Of a stretch of DNA of 64,000 bases, positions 1 to 9,664 are shown piece after piece. How positions within the stretch are numbered: position 1 is the first letter of the stretch; each line of letters begins with the position of its first letter. The notes beneath the pieces were generated by a model. That model saw nothing but the letters and a program-made list of their open reading frames with translations. It did not search any database and was not told the origin of the DNA. A program made the position numbers and the translations under genes. The DNA is taken from sequence record OR608733.1. One strand, given 5' to 3'.

Positions 1-181
1 CTTGTTTTAGTGATTTGTCATCTTTGTCAGTAGTTGTATCAATTTTTACGTAATTTTGATATAGTTCACTAAAACAAGACATGATGTCATCATGTAGTTT
101 AATTACATCATATCCATTTCGTTCAAGCGCTTTATGCGATACGTTAAAACCGATACGAATTTTATTAGAACGACGTGCCAT
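1..181 (-). CDS. hypothetical protein, 5' part (runs off window edge)
   Basis: Hand-translated MARRSNKIRIGFNVSHKALERNG..., open to position 1; AGGTG RBS upstream of ATG at 181. Confidence 0.75.
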   Translation of the reverse strand, partial: MARRSNKIRIGFNVSHKALERNGYDVIKLHDDIMSCFSELYQNYVKIDTTTDKDDKSLKQ

Positions 182-222
182 GGTTATATCACCTATGTTA
201 AATTAATGAATTATTTATTCAA

Positions 223-585
223 TTACCGTACTACATCTGTGATTAGAATAAGTTCACCATCACTATTGATAACACTATAGCTTTTTACAATTTCGATGCG
301 CTTACTAATAATCTTATTCTCTAGATCTACTTTTACGATATTAACACGAATTACCTTATTCGATTGATCATGCATTTCTTTAAAAATGCATTCGATATTT
401 TTACCAATGACAGCTTTTAATTTTTCAATGCTGTCAATGGATGAATATTTAAAACTATATGCTTCTGCCAGGGTTTTTGCATTACCCACAACCGTAGTTA
501 GGGTACCCCAATAATCATAAACATACAACGCAGTATCACTATTGGGATTATCGATAATTTCAATTATAAAATCCACTTGTATCAC
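223..585 (-). CDS. hypothetical early protein
   Basis: 120-aa ORF directly downstream of the TATATTAC promoter at 613-620. Confidence 0.75.
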   Translation of the reverse strand: MIQVDFIIEIIDNPNSDTALYVYDYWGTLTTVVGNAKTLAEAYSFKYSSIDSIEKLKAVIGKNIECIFKEMHDQSNKVIRVNIVKVDLENKIISKRIEIVKSYSVINSDGELILITDVVR

Positions 586-612
586 TCCTATTAGTTTATT
601 GATAGTACACTT

Positions 613-644
613 GTAATATAGATCTTAAATAAATTATGATCTAA
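613..644 (-). promoter_or_regulatory. phiKZ-type early promoter
   Basis: TATATTAC core at 613-620; upstream part overlaps the stop of the 641-1105 gene. Confidence 0.75.
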
Positions 645-1105
645 CCATTTAAAATAGATAAAGCCTCTATATGCCAATGGTGTATTAGTTCTTCTTTACT
701 AATAATATTATTGAAGTAGTTTAACCGATGTGATACCATTAATTTAGAATGCATATCGACTTCACTACTTACCTTAATCACCCCAGTCTCTAATAATTGC
801 AGAGAGCCAACATACGCAAATAAAGTTGGTTTTAAATACCAGTGTTCCCTATATTGTTTTTGATCAGGTACATTTCCTATAATGTAGTCAGTAGAATTAC
901 TTCGGTATGCGTAAATAGTTGATTTAGAACCAAGTAAATTAAGATCGATATCATAACTCCCGCTTTTAGCTGCAATACATTCAATAACTGATGGGGCCAC
1001 ACATATACGGTTGGTTACACTGTCTTCGCCATCAGCTCTATTACTTGGAATATATGGCCTTAATAAAACATAATCCCCAAGGTATACTGTCGATATGTGA
1101 TACAT
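641..1105 (-). CDS. putative ADP-ribosyltransferase-fold protein
   Basis: YHIS...LRP..P...ED...RICVA.S...IYAY...VPD...EHW pattern typical of small phage ART-like proteins. Confidence 0.55.
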   Translation of the reverse strand: MYHISTVYLGDYVLLRPYIPSNRADGEDSVTNRICVAPSVIECIAAKSGSYDIDLNLLGSKSTIYAYRSNSTDYIIGNVPDQKQYREHWYLKPTLFAYVGSLQLLETGVIKVSSEVDMHSKLMVSHRLNYFNNIISKEELIHHWHIEALSILNG

Positions 1106-1120
1106 AATTAACCTATTTAA

Positions 1121-1648
1121 TTAAAACAGATAACGCTCTGTTACTGAACGATATTGTGACATGATGTTTAATGGATCAACATCCACTGGTGCTTTAGTGA
1201 CAGTTAAGCGAGCACCTTTTAAAAATTCACCAATATCTAATTTCCTTACAGTAACATCATGGATAGTGTTTTTCGTAATCCACTCAGTATCAATGCTATT
1301 GTGAGGATTATTATTCTTAATCCATTTGTCAGAGTCCCTAAATGGAATGGTATAAACATACACAACCATTTTTAAAATATCACTTTTATCGATATTATTT
1401 TGACAATAGATTGTAATATCCCTATCAACAGTAGCATATCTATCACTATCAAATAACTTTTCGATAGCGCTACCAATACCTAAATAAGATGCATCTTTTT
1501 CAGATGACGTTGCATATAGGTATTGGTTAGACTCAATACCATCCCACATAACAAGTTCACCAGATCTTTTAAATCCTGGCATTAATTCATCTTGTTTATA
1601 AAGAGAACCATGGTAAAGTAATTCTGGTTTATTCATAATAAAATCCAC
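1121..1648 (-). CDS. putative ADP-ribosyltransferase-fold protein (Arr-like); ATG at 1636 may be the true start
   Basis: LYHGS...L.PG...SNQYLYAT...A...VYVY...EW, resembling the H-Y-E class/rifampin ART Arr layout. Confidence 0.6.
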   Translation of the reverse strand: MDFIMNKPELLYHGSLYKQDELMPGFKRSGELVMWDGIESNQYLYATSSEKDASYLGIGSAIEKLFDSDRYATVDRDITIYCQNNIDKSDILKMVVYVYTIPFRDSDKWIKNNNPHNSIDTEWITKNTIHDVTVRKLDIGEFLKGARLTVTKAPVDVDPLNIMSQYRSVTERYLF

Positions 1649-1682
1649 TATGCTTTATAAGAGTTATGGTTATCAATTAACT

Positions 1683-2039
1683 TCAAGGTAGCAGTGTGGC
1701 CATATTGAAGTGATTGGTTACTGCTTCGATCAGCATATGCTCGATGTTGATTTTGTAGTATTCCGGTTCTTCGTTCAATTCCCAAATGACAGTCGCACGT
1801 AATAGTGCAGGTGCTATGAATCTAACTACCTTACCATGTGTGTCAAACTCTACATTAAACATTGCATAATGTTCAGTGGTATGATCTTTGTAAAAAGTGA
1901 AAGTACCAGCGTAACTGCGAACCTCTATTTCACCGTGAACACTGGAGTAGACTTCCTGGTGGAATACTTTACCTTTAAGGCGTGTATTCTCTTCAATGAT
2001 ATTTACCAATTCTTTCAATTTGTCTTTATCTAGTTGCAT
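1683..2039 (-). CDS. hypothetical protein
   Basis: 118-aa ORF with RBS, in co-directional run. Confidence 0.8.
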   Translation of the reverse strand: MQLDKDKLKELVNIIEENTRLKGKVFHQEVYSSVHGEIEVRSYAGTFTFYKDHTTEHYAMFNVEFDTHGKVVRFIAPALLRATVIWELNEEPEYYKINIEHMLIEAVTNHFNMATLLP

Positions 2040-2079
2040 TTGTAGGTTCCTATTAATAAATGTATACGATGGATATCTT

Positions 2080-2445
2080 TTACGATTTCCGGTGCTTATC
2101 CATATCTAGTTTTACATCAGCATATATCTTGAATCTATCAGATAGACTATCCATATCTACACGCAATGCCCGAATATGCATATGAGTATCTTTTGGTTTA
2201 CCTTCAGACTCCCATACGGCCTTTACGATATCAAATACCACATTGTTCAAATAGTATTCGACTTCATGTTCATCAAGCAAAAGAGTGTCATGGAAACCAA
2301 TACGTGATAAAATGGCGTAATCACGCTGATTAACATCTCTCCAACCTTTACGTACTAAGTAACTTTTACAGATTCCATCTTTTTTACAACTTTTACTAAT
2401 AATTTCTATAATGAACTTATCATGCCATTTATAATCCATAATCAT
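2080..2445 (-). CDS. hypothetical protein
   Basis: 121-aa ORF, GGAG RBS. Confidence 0.8.
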   Translation of the reverse strand: MIMDYKWHDKFIIEIISKSCKKDGICKSYLVRKGWRDVNQRDYAILSRIGFHDTLLLDEHEVEYYLNNVVFDIVKAVWESEGKPKDTHMHIRALRVDMDSLSDRFKIYADVKLDMDKHRKS

Positions 2446-2452
2446 TACTCCT

Positions 2453-2965
2453 TCATTTAATCAGCTTCATTACTAGAGGAACAGATAGACTTATGCCATT
2501 GGCCATTTTAGCTAGGCTATGATAGACATCGTCTGCTTCTTGATTATTGGTACAAGGTATAGAAATGGCATCACCATAGTAAGGACTGTAGTTAATACGG
2601 TCGCCATACACACCACTCACAAAACTATAATCTAATCCATCCGTAGTAGTCATAATAACTACAACATGATCATCCCCAACTATACCGGATTCTAAATCCT
2701 CACATAGTTCCAGTTTTTGTTGCACACCTCGTTGACAGATCCATACCTCACGGTATTGATGATGGGGATATGGATTACATGCTACATCATTTTCACTAAC
2801 GAAGTACATAGTCCCCCAGTTGTAAGACTGGAATTGGGTTGTTTGTTTGTGGGCTTCCCATACCTCCTCCATACAAAAGGTATGTTTGTTAACCCATAGA
2901 CCATCGTTATTAAGACTATCAACGATCCCATCACGGACACGTACTACACGGAGTGTTTTAGTCAT
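2453..2965 (-). CDS. hypothetical protein
   Basis: 170-aa ORF, 8-nt overlap with upstream gene. Confidence 0.8.
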   Translation of the reverse strand: MTKTLRVVRVRDGIVDSLNNDGLWVNKHTFCMEEVWEAHKQTTQFQSYNWGTMYFVSENDVACNPYPHHQYREVWICQRGVQQKLELCEDLESGIVGDDHVVVIMTTTDGLDYSFVSGVYGDRINYSPYYGDAISIPCTNNQEADDVYHSLAKMANGISLSVPLVMKLIK

Positions 2966-3398
2966 CTACGTAACCCTCATCAGATACATAAGTGCGTTCA
3001 GGGCTGAACACATATTTGATGTTATTAATTACAGCTGTGATATAAACCTGATATTCTTTTGAAATAGATTCCATCAGTTCAATAGATACGGAATTTGAAC
3101 TCTGAATAAGTTTATTTACTTTCTTTAGTTCATCAAATTCTAACCGACCGTATATTACACCAACATCTCTGAAACTGATAACTGGATAGTGTTTCCAAAT
3201 ATAACAATTCAGTTTACCAAGATGAATTACTTGAATTGTTTCATCGCACCATTGTTTCTTTTTCTTATTGTAGTATTCAACACGACGTTCGATGAAGACG
3301 CGAGTACCAGAAACAGAGGTGTACGCATTCAGTTCATAACCATACTTATGGTCAACGTTATTTGGATCTTGGCGCCATTTTGGAATGAATGCTTTCAT
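2958..3398 (-). CDS. hypothetical protein
   Basis: 146-aa ORF after terminator at 3426. Confidence 0.8.
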   Translation of the reverse strand: MKAFIPKWRQDPNNVDHKYGYELNAYTSVSGTRVFIERRVEYYNKKKKQWCDETIQVIHLGKLNCYIWKHYPVISFRDVGVIYGRLEFDELKKVNKLIQSSNSVSIELMESISKEYQVYITAVINNIKYVFSPERTYVSDEGYVDD

Positions 3399-3425
3399 TT
3401 GTATTTTCCTTTTTACGAAATAGAA

Positions 3426-3443
3426 GCCCTCCCGAAGGAGGGC
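3426..3443 (-). terminator. intrinsic terminator
   Basis: GCCCTCC-TTCG-GGAGGGC hairpin on - strand. Confidence 0.8.
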
Positions 3444-3456
3444 AATTATACCATTA

Positions 3457-3756
3457 TTAAATTACGAGTCTATATACTTCTTTTAATTTTTCACCAGGGG
3501 TAGCTAGATAATCTACATTATATTTAATAGCAATTACACCCACAAGTTCTTTTCTCAGTAGCTGTTCTACCTGATCGCATAATTTATCAATAGCTCCATC
3601 TTCTACATCCTCGTATAATGGATATTGACTATAAATATTATCAGGTGTAAGTACAGACAGTTTCAATTCCCCATCTTTACCAATGACTGGGTGATATGTC
3701 TGTTTAAGACCTTTACAATGATAGTGATAGGTAATGCGCTGTTGTTTAGTGGTCAT
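3457..3756 (-). CDS. hypothetical protein
   Basis: 99-aa ORF. Confidence 0.75.
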   Translation of the reverse strand: MTTKQQRITYHYHCKGLKQTYHPVIGKDGELKLSVLTPDNIYSQYPLYEDVEDGAIDKLCDQVEQLLRKELVGVIAIKYNVDYLATPGEKLKEVYRLVI

Positions 3757-3767
3757 GTAAAGATACC

Positions 3768-4289
3768 TTAAATAAACCGTTGGGTAGTTCCGTCTTTAAA
3801 GACAGTTAGTTGATTAACATCTTTCAATGAATTATCTGCAATATTCTTAGCCAATAACAATAGATCATCGTGATATGTTTTAATGAGAACTTTAAGCCTC
3901 TCCCTTTGTTTATATCGGAAACCTTTATTAATCACAGTAACTCCATCTGGATTATTTTTATAATTCAGTACAGTGATTGGTGTATTCGGTACAAAGACGG
4001 CTAGTTCGTCATCGAATACAATGTAAACCATCACTTTATAATTATTAACCGATTCTTGGAATTGTTGTGTGATTACATTATAGTCTTTTGTGCGATGGCT
4101 AAGAAACAGCTCACTATTAGCTCGGCAGAAACTATGTCGCGCTTTTTTATCAGCACTCATAACAGCGATACCACGGATAATGAATTTATTATCTAAGGTA
4201 TATTTTCTTTGAGACATCGCATAGTCGACTACATCAACATCGCCGCCAAATAGCACGGCATTTTCACCGTATCCACAAATAAGAGCCAT
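3768..4289 (-). CDS. hypothetical protein (weak Ntn-hydrolase/proteasome-subunit-like N-terminus)
   Basis: MALICGYGENAVLFGGD resembles MTCIVG....V..GAD but lacks the N-terminal Thr nucleophile. Confidence 0.7.
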   Translation of the reverse strand: MALICGYGENAVLFGGDVDVVDYAMSQRKYTLDNKFIIRGIAVMSADKKARHSFCRANSELFLSHRTKDYNVITQQFQESVNNYKVMVYIVFDDELAVFVPNTPITVLNYKNNPDGVTVINKGFRYKQRERLKVLIKTYHDDLLLLAKNIADNSLKDVNQLTVFKDGTTQRFI

Positions 4290-4303
4290 TTATAATTACC
4301 TGT

Positions 4304-4663
4304 TTAAAAATTATATTCAATAAATTGAAGAGTGAATAGTTCACTACATTCCCATGTACGACTTGCTAATTTATATTTACCTTTAACAGGTAAGTCAAAA
4401 TAACGTAATGCTTTTTCTACTGAACCAGCCTCATGATTAACCAATAGAACATTCCTAGCCTTCAGAATATTTGAACAATTTACAAGTTCATAATCATCTC
4501 GCTTAGGTGTCAACATAGCTACATTAGTGCCTGGTTTTCTAGCATACCAGAGCACCTCATGACCCTCTGGATTAATAATAGAGATATATAGCTGACGTTC
4601 AGCGGGTAACCACAAGTTACGTGGATCATACTCTCCATTAACATCAAAGAATTTAAATATCAT
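4304..4663 (-). CDS. hypothetical protein
   Basis: 119-aa ORF, 4-nt overlap with upstream gene. Confidence 0.8.
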   Translation of the reverse strand: MIFKFFDVNGEYDPRNLWLPAERQLYISIINPEGHEVLWYARKPGTNVAMLTPKRDDYELVNCSNILKARNVLLVNHEAGSVEKALRYFDLPVKGKYKLASRTWECSELFTLQFIEYNF

Positions 4664-4899
4664 AGAGTTGGAACCGGTTTTGATGGATCAGCAATTAGTG
4701 CAGATTCTTCTACATAAACCATTGCGAAGTTTTCACCTTCTTTACGAATACCAGTAGAAGGTGTTTTCGATGGATCATAAACGATAATTTGGCACTGCTG
4801 TCCAGCTGTTAAATAAGTTGGGCCAGTTAATGCATTGGGTTTTGGATGAGGAATATCAATTTTAGTAATACAATATTGACCAGTACGAAACTCACGCAT
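4660..4899 (-). CDS. small SH3-like beta-barrel protein
   Basis: FRTGQYC.T..DI...AGQQCQI strand pattern, similar to 6765-6977. Confidence 0.6.
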   Translation of the reverse strand: MREFRTGQYCITKIDIPHPKPNALTGPTYLTAGQQCQIIVYDPSKTPSTGIRKEGENFAMVYVEESALIADPSKPVPTL

Positions 4900-4911
4900 T
4901 ATATTAACCTC

Positions 4912-5598
4912 TTAATGAATAACTGTTGCAGAAGGACGACATTTCATAGTTTTAAAAATGTCAGTAGGATAGATATTACCAGCTTGTCCGAAAGGTTTAT
5001 CGGCTAGAAGAAACTGCGGACAAACTGTTTGTAGATAACCACTATCAGTGGGTAGGAATCCTTCAATATCACTGATGAGAATTTGCCAGATGGGCAATTG
5101 GTTATAATAGTCATCCATATTGTAGTATGCGTGGAGTTTACCACCGAACCCATATACAAACTGATGAGTATCAATTAGACGAATACCAAATTTAGGTTGT
5201 CGTCCCATCCTTTGATCTTCTTCAAATGCGCTCAGTAAATCTGCAATCTCTACGCCACCCGTGATCTGTTTCACTTCTTTTAATTTTTCAAAAATGGCGT
5301 AAAAGGTATTTACTGCCGATTCCTTAGTAATGCAGGCAGTGATCACCAGTTCAGGAAAGAGTGGATCTTCTTTATTACATCCACACGTGTAATAAACAAC
5401 ATTGGAACCAATATCACCTTCTCGTTCAACCACGGCAAAAGGTTTTTTGGATAGTTTCATTTGCTTTTCAATTAACTGTCTGCTATTCTCACGAATAGAT
5501 TCATATTCGTGACTGGCCTTAAAAATAGGTGCTTTGTAATCTATCTCTTTTGGTTCTACTAGATCACTTGCCGATTTGATAACTAATGGATTACTCAT
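4912..5598 (-). CDS. hypothetical protein
   Basis: 228-aa ORF with AGGA RBS. Confidence 0.85.
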   Translation of the reverse strand: MSNPLVIKSASDLVEPKEIDYKAPIFKASHEYESIRENSRQLIEKQMKLSKKPFAVVEREGDIGSNVVYYTCGCNKEDPLFPELVITACITKESAVNTFYAIFEKLKEVKQITGGVEIADLLSAFEEDQRMGRQPKFGIRLIDTHQFVYGFGGKLHAYYNMDDYYNQLPIWQILISDIEGFLPTDSGYLQTVCPQFLLADKPFGQAGNIYPTDIFKTMKCRPSATVIH

Positions 5599-5626
5599 TG
5601 TATATTTCCTTTTCTTATATAAGAAA

Positions 5627-5646
5627 AGGGAGGTATTACCCTCCCT
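5627..5646 (-). terminator. intrinsic terminator
   Basis: AGGGAGG/CCTCCCT stem followed by a T run on - strand. Confidence 0.7.
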
Positions 5647-5980
5647 AATTAAGCATTAAATATTTAGGTTCAGTAGTGGCTCGGATCTTAGCAATAAGTG
5701 CTTTTTGATCACTAACCTTACTAATGGGATATTCTAATAAACGTAAATCCATGTCCCGATGTACTAAACCTAACATTGCCTTATTTTGATGACTATTATT
5801 ACGTAATGCAGCGATATGTTTATCAACTTCATTACTAACAGTCTTTGAAAGCCCTACTAAATACTTCCCAGTTGCAATGTGTTCAATAACATAAACACCT
5901 GCTCCAACTATTTCGCTTCTTTTCCCACGACCGTGCGAAGTACTTGACCAACTATAACACTTATCATCAACTATAAACAT
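5645..5980 (-). CDS. stand-alone, probably degenerate GIY-YIG domain protein
   Basis: GVYVIEHIATGKYLVGLS...H...L...H.N pattern; the catalytic Arg helix reads NEVDKH; no DNA-binding C-terminal domain. Confidence 0.65.
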   Translation of the reverse strand: MFIVDDKCYSWSSTSHGRGKRSEIVGAGVYVIEHIATGKYLVGLSKTVSNEVDKHIAALRNNSHQNKAMLGLVHRDMDLRLLEYPISKVSDQKALIAKIRATTEPKYLMLN

Positions 5981-6023
5981 GGTTAATTCCCGTCCTATAA
6001 CTATCTAATTGGACGGTCAAGTA

Positions 6024-6389
6024 TTAGCTACCAGTCCATGAATACTTATCATAAACTAACCACATTGAATGGATCTTATTGATGATATTGAAAATAGGTT
6101 CTTGGACATCTTCAAAATCACCTAGATCAGCTGCCAGATTGGCCATATATTGGAATAGCCGCTCAGTTGATACATCCACCAGATTGGCAAATGGAATACT
6201 GGCATATGGGATTTGCTTTAACATACCAAACTTATAAATTTTAGCAAACCATGCATCCAACATTGCAACATCTGCTTTAAACATCCAATAAGTTTCAGCT
6301 GGATATGTGCCGTCATGGATAGAGCAGAACAAATCACCAGTAATCGTTTCAACAAGCATTTCCACTTCAGCAGAATTAATTTCGATCAT
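6024..6389 (-). CDS. hypothetical protein
   Basis: 121-aa ORF. Confidence 0.8.
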   Translation of the reverse strand: MIEINSAEVEMLVETITGDLFCSIHDGTYPAETYWMFKADVAMLDAWFAKIYKFGMLKQIPYASIPFANLVDVSTERLFQYMANLAADLGDFEDVQEPIFNIINKIHSMWLVYDKYSWTGS

Positions 6390-6390
6390 C

Positions 6391-6768
6391 TCAACCCACC
6401 TTTAGTTTACTGCAATATAGTCTAAACTTAAGAATATCCTCTACTAAGTTAGACCATAGAGTATACCTATTTCGTGATGCATTTACTTCTTCAATCTTAG
6501 CATTTATATTTTGGCGAAGAACTTTGTAATGCTGATACGCATTAGTCGCATGTTTAGAGAATAAGATAATAATATCATCAGGACTTTTATTTAGCACATC
6601 AGCTAGTGAATCATCATCATATATTTCAATAAGCGCATTAACGATACGATGATGAAGATGGGTTAGTAATTGGTAAATATGATATTCGCTACCAATATAA
6701 TTACCTTTTATAAAAGCTCTTTTACTGTAGAGGATCTGTGCAGTATCTCTTACGCATTCAAGTTTCAT
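6391..6768 (-). CDS. hypothetical helical protein
   Basis: 125-aa ORF, 4-nt overlap. Confidence 0.8.
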   Translation of the reverse strand: MKLECVRDTAQILYSKRAFIKGNYIGSEYHIYQLLTHLHHRIVNALIEIYDDDSLADVLNKSPDDIIILFSKHATNAYQHYKVLRQNINAKIEEVNASRNRYTLWSNLVEDILKFRLYCSKLKVG

Positions 6769-6977
6769 TGTGCATTAACCTGATGTAGATGAACATAAAA
6801 TCCATTACTAGGACCGCTATTAGATGGATATACTAACAGATGGTCTCCATTAACAGATTCGATTATAACTACAGTACCAGCTTTGCATAGTGTAAGATCA
6901 TAGCCGCATTCACCAGTGCTATTAATAATATCTGTGTTGACTACAACTTTGTCACCGGCTTTAAATGAATTTGACAT
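6765..6977 (-). CDS. small SH3-like beta-barrel protein
   Basis: FKAGDKVVVNTDI...KAGTVVIIESV. Confidence 0.65.
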   Translation of the reverse strand: MSNSFKAGDKVVVNTDIINSTGECGYDLTLCKAGTVVIIESVNGDHLLVYPSNSGPSNGFYVHLHQVNAQ

Positions 6978-6985
6978 ATATCACC

Positions 6986-7288
6986 TCAGTTATAGGCGTG
7001 AAGAATATCATCCATATCTGTACATTGTACAGTTTCAATTTGATTATAATTGTCGGCATTTAAAACTCTAAAGCCGCCTTCGGGATTACCCTCATCAACA
7101 CCTAATACGGTTAGGTCATCACCTTCATTAGCAAACTTCCATTCTAAATAACCATTCTTTTTACAAGTACGCATGATCCAAATATCCTGTGTTGCTTGTA
7201 GAATCATACCTACTTGAACTTTATTCTTAGCGATAAGACTAATACCATTAGCTAGCACGTTTGCTAGACAGCTCACTGTTGTACTCAT
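6986..7288 (-). CDS. hypothetical protein
   Basis: 100-aa ORF, GAGG RBS. Confidence 0.8.
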   Translation of the reverse strand: MSTTVSCLANVLANGISLIAKNKVQVGMILQATQDIWIMRTCKKNGYLEWKFANEGDDLTVLGVDEGNPEGGFRVLNADNYNQIETVQCTDMDDILHAYN

Positions 7289-7344
7289 TTCTTTTTACCT
7301 CTTTACCACTTTTATCTTCAGTTAACCATGACTTGTTAAAGATA

Positions 7345-7497
7345 CTATTTATGATGGGATTGAATTTCGGTGATTCTTTCTTTTTCTGATCTATATCCAT
7401 CGATATCACCTATACTAATAATTTTATTAATACCAACTAATGTACTACTTAAAATAGCTATAATCAAAAACAGTGCTACATATTTGATTCCTTCCAT
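7345..7497 (-). CDS. small single-pass membrane protein (not in ORF track)
   Basis: Hand-translated MEGIKYVALFLIIAILSSTLVGINKIISIG... (50 aa), GAGG RBS. Confidence 0.6.
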   Translation of the reverse strand: MEGIKYVALFLIIAILSSTLVGINKIISIGDIDGYRSEKERITEIQSHHK

Positions 7498-7580
7498 TTT
7501 GAGTACCTCAAATAATGATTATCTAACTTAGCATGGTTATTATATATTTTTAAATTTACTTATAATAAACCATTTATGCA

Positions 7581-7883
7581 TTATGGCAATAGTTCACTGT
7601 ATTTAGAATAGTTGTCAATCACCCATTGATTAGACATATACTTAGGAGTATCACCTAGTAGTTTAGTATAGGTTAGAAGATAGATTATTTGTGCTTTATT
7701 AAAGTCTAATCCAGCCTCTTCCCAACCATTACGGTACTGCTCCACCTTATCACCATGTGCGCTAATGAGCCCAGTACAGGACTCAATATACCGGTCTTCA
7801 CCAGCGAATACAGTACTAATGAACTTATCGGTATTAGCCAACATATACGACGCCGAGTCAATTACCTTATTATTCATTTTCAT
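7581..7883 (-). CDS. hypothetical protein
   Basis: 100-aa ORF. Confidence 0.8.
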   Translation of the reverse strand: MKMNNKVIDSASYMLANTDKFISTVFAGEDRYIESCTGLISAHGDKVEQYRNGWEEAGLDFNKAQIIYLLTYTKLLGDTPKYMSNQWVIDNYSKYSELLP

Positions 7884-7917
7884 TTGAATATACCTGTTTA
7901 TATAAAGGGATATAAAA

Positions 7918-7935
7918 GCCTCCCCGAAGGGAGGC
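7918..7935 (-). terminator. intrinsic terminator
   Basis: GCCTCCC-TTCG-GGGAGGC followed by TTTT on - strand. Confidence 0.85.
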
Positions 7936-7945
7936 CATTATGACG

Positions 7946-8377
7946 TTACATTGTGAAACGAATTGACACACCACAAATAGGACTATTAGAATCTGTCCAA
8001 ATTTTAGCTGTACCATCATTTTTAATAGTTACACAATAACCCCAGCGAAGGTTATTTATTTTAGTGGTATACCCACTTTTAAATACAGTCATGTCTTTAT
8101 AAAGCTGTGGGATAGTTGGTACTTTTTTAAACTGCATTTTACCAGATAAATCACGATAGTAGAGTTTATCTACAATCACATTATCGAATTTTTTATAATC
8201 ACCAAAGACTTCAGATAGATTGAACTCTACCCCATCTGTTTTTAGTGGGGCAGTCATAAAACTACCTTGCTCAGTTGTAACCATGCTGATAGCAACATCA
8301 TGGTCTAATAGAAATCGAGTTTCACCATTAGTTTTCTTATATACTGGGAAACTTCCTAGCTGTTGTAGAACACTCAT
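7946..8377 (-). CDS. hypothetical beta-rich protein
   Basis: 143-aa ORF, AGGAG RBS. Confidence 0.8.
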   Translation of the reverse strand: MSVLQQLGSFPVYKKTNGETRFLLDHDVAISMVTTEQGSFMTAPLKTDGVEFNLSEVFGDYKKFDNVIVDKLYYRDLSGKMQFKKVPTIPQLYKDMTVFKSGYTTKINNLRWGYCVTIKNDGTAKIWTDSNSPICGVSIRFTM

Positions 8378-8413
8378 TATTAACTCCTGATTGATGGTCT
8401 ATAAAATTGACCA

Positions 8414-8860
8414 TTATAAACCTTTATAGCATTCTACACTAATTTTCTTTATGACCATATCAAACTCACTATCAACATACTCATTGTCATGATAGTACTC
8501 ATCTGAATAACCGATGAGTTTTTTCTGGTTATGATAATTTAAAAAGAAAATAACACGCATTACAATACAAGCATGTTCGGGATGATTAAGATATAATTCT
8601 TTCTTATCTAGGTCTAAATAAAGTGTTTTTATTTGAACTGGTTCATTAGTGAAAACTAGTTTTACAGGGTTATCCAGCTGTATTACTTTGGGTTCACTAT
8701 TAAAAAATGTATCACCGGATTCACCTAAGTAATACGTAATTGATTTAACATAATAGGCTATATCTTCGGTTTTCTCTAACCGGGTTATACAATAGCCGGT
8801 TATGACTGAAAGAACAAACAATGATAAAATAACTAATATTATCTCAGTCACATTGACCAC
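8414..8860 (-). CDS. N-terminally anchored membrane protein
   Basis: Hydrophobic IILVILSLFVLSVITGYCI at N-terminus. Confidence 0.75.
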   Translation of the reverse strand: MVNVTEIILVILSLFVLSVITGYCITRLEKTEDIAYYVKSITYYLGESGDTFFNSEPKVIQLDNPVKLVFTNEPVQIKTLYLDLDKKELYLNHPEHACIVMRVIFFLNYHNQKKLIGYSDEYYHDNEYVDSEFDMVIKKISVECYKGL

Positions 8861-9140
8861 CTATGTAAAGTGTTGTTATATCGATACACTGTGAAACAGA
8901 ATGTTTACGTGGAATAAATATTTCATCGATGGTTAAATCATCATCAATGGGTTGAATACTTTCTAATCTACCAAATCCATCACAGTTAAATTTAAGTGCT
9001 GGATAACCTTCAATACCCATGCTAACCCAGCTATTATTCTGTTTAGTTACATGGTTGAATTTAAAATTACGCATCTTTCCTAGAAATTCAATTGTCCATG
9101 TAGCATCCTTCTGTTTCTTCAAATGGTAATATTTATTCAT
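8844..9140 (-). CDS. hypothetical protein
   Basis: 98-aa ORF. Confidence 0.75.
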   Translation of the reverse strand: MNKYYHLKKQKDATWTIEFLGKMRNFKFNHVTKQNNSWVSMGIEGYPALKFNCDGFGRLESIQPIDDDLTIDEIFIPRKHSVSQCIDITTLYIGGQCD

Positions 9141-9186
9141 TAGTATTCACCATTATTAAGATTAGTTTCATTCTATTAAATAGATA

Positions 9187-9204
9187 GGGGGTCTTTAGAC
9201 CCCC
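9187..9204 (-). terminator. intrinsic terminator
   Basis: GGGGGTC/GACCCCC hairpin between genes. Confidence 0.7.
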
Positions 9205-9218
9205 ATTTTCATAATTAA

Positions 9219-9638
9219 TTAGAATGCAGAAATGGTCAACTCATTGCACTTAACGGCAGCGAGTTTTTCCCAATTTTCTTCATGTTCCATCAAGCATTCA
9301 ATTACAACATGCATGGACCATGACTCGCCATCAATATTTGCAAATACAAAGAAACCATCATCAAGCTCAGTAATGCCACTAATCAGATTATTTTTGATCA
9401 GGTAGACCAATTGATCATTAACGATTTTAACTTCATGATCAATGAGATGGCTGGCATATTTGCTAGTGATATCAAACACTTCTTTTGATGAAAGTGATCC
9501 ATCGCGTTTGACGGCAGTTAGGCTCCAATTAACCAAAGACGGTGAACACCAATGAAGACCATGCACATTCATCAAAACTGGATGTTTGTTATCCATAGCT
9601 TTTACAGAATGAGCCCAGTACTTTTCATCAATATACAT
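9219..9638 (-). CDS. hypothetical protein
   Basis: 139-aa ORF, AGGA RBS. Confidence 0.8.
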   Translation of the reverse strand: MYIDEKYWAHSVKAMDNKHPVLMNVHGLHWCSPSLVNWSLTAVKRDGSLSSKEVFDITSKYASHLIDHEVKIVNDQLVYLIKNNLISGITELDDGFFVFANIDGESWSMHVVIECLMEHEENWEKLAAVKCNELTISAF

Positions 9639-9664
9639 TTATATTTCCTTTTTTTCCAGATTGA

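Noticed and set aside
3768-4289. HslV/proteasome-type protease
   Set aside because: Only the first ~17 residues resemble it and the catalytic N-terminal Thr is absent
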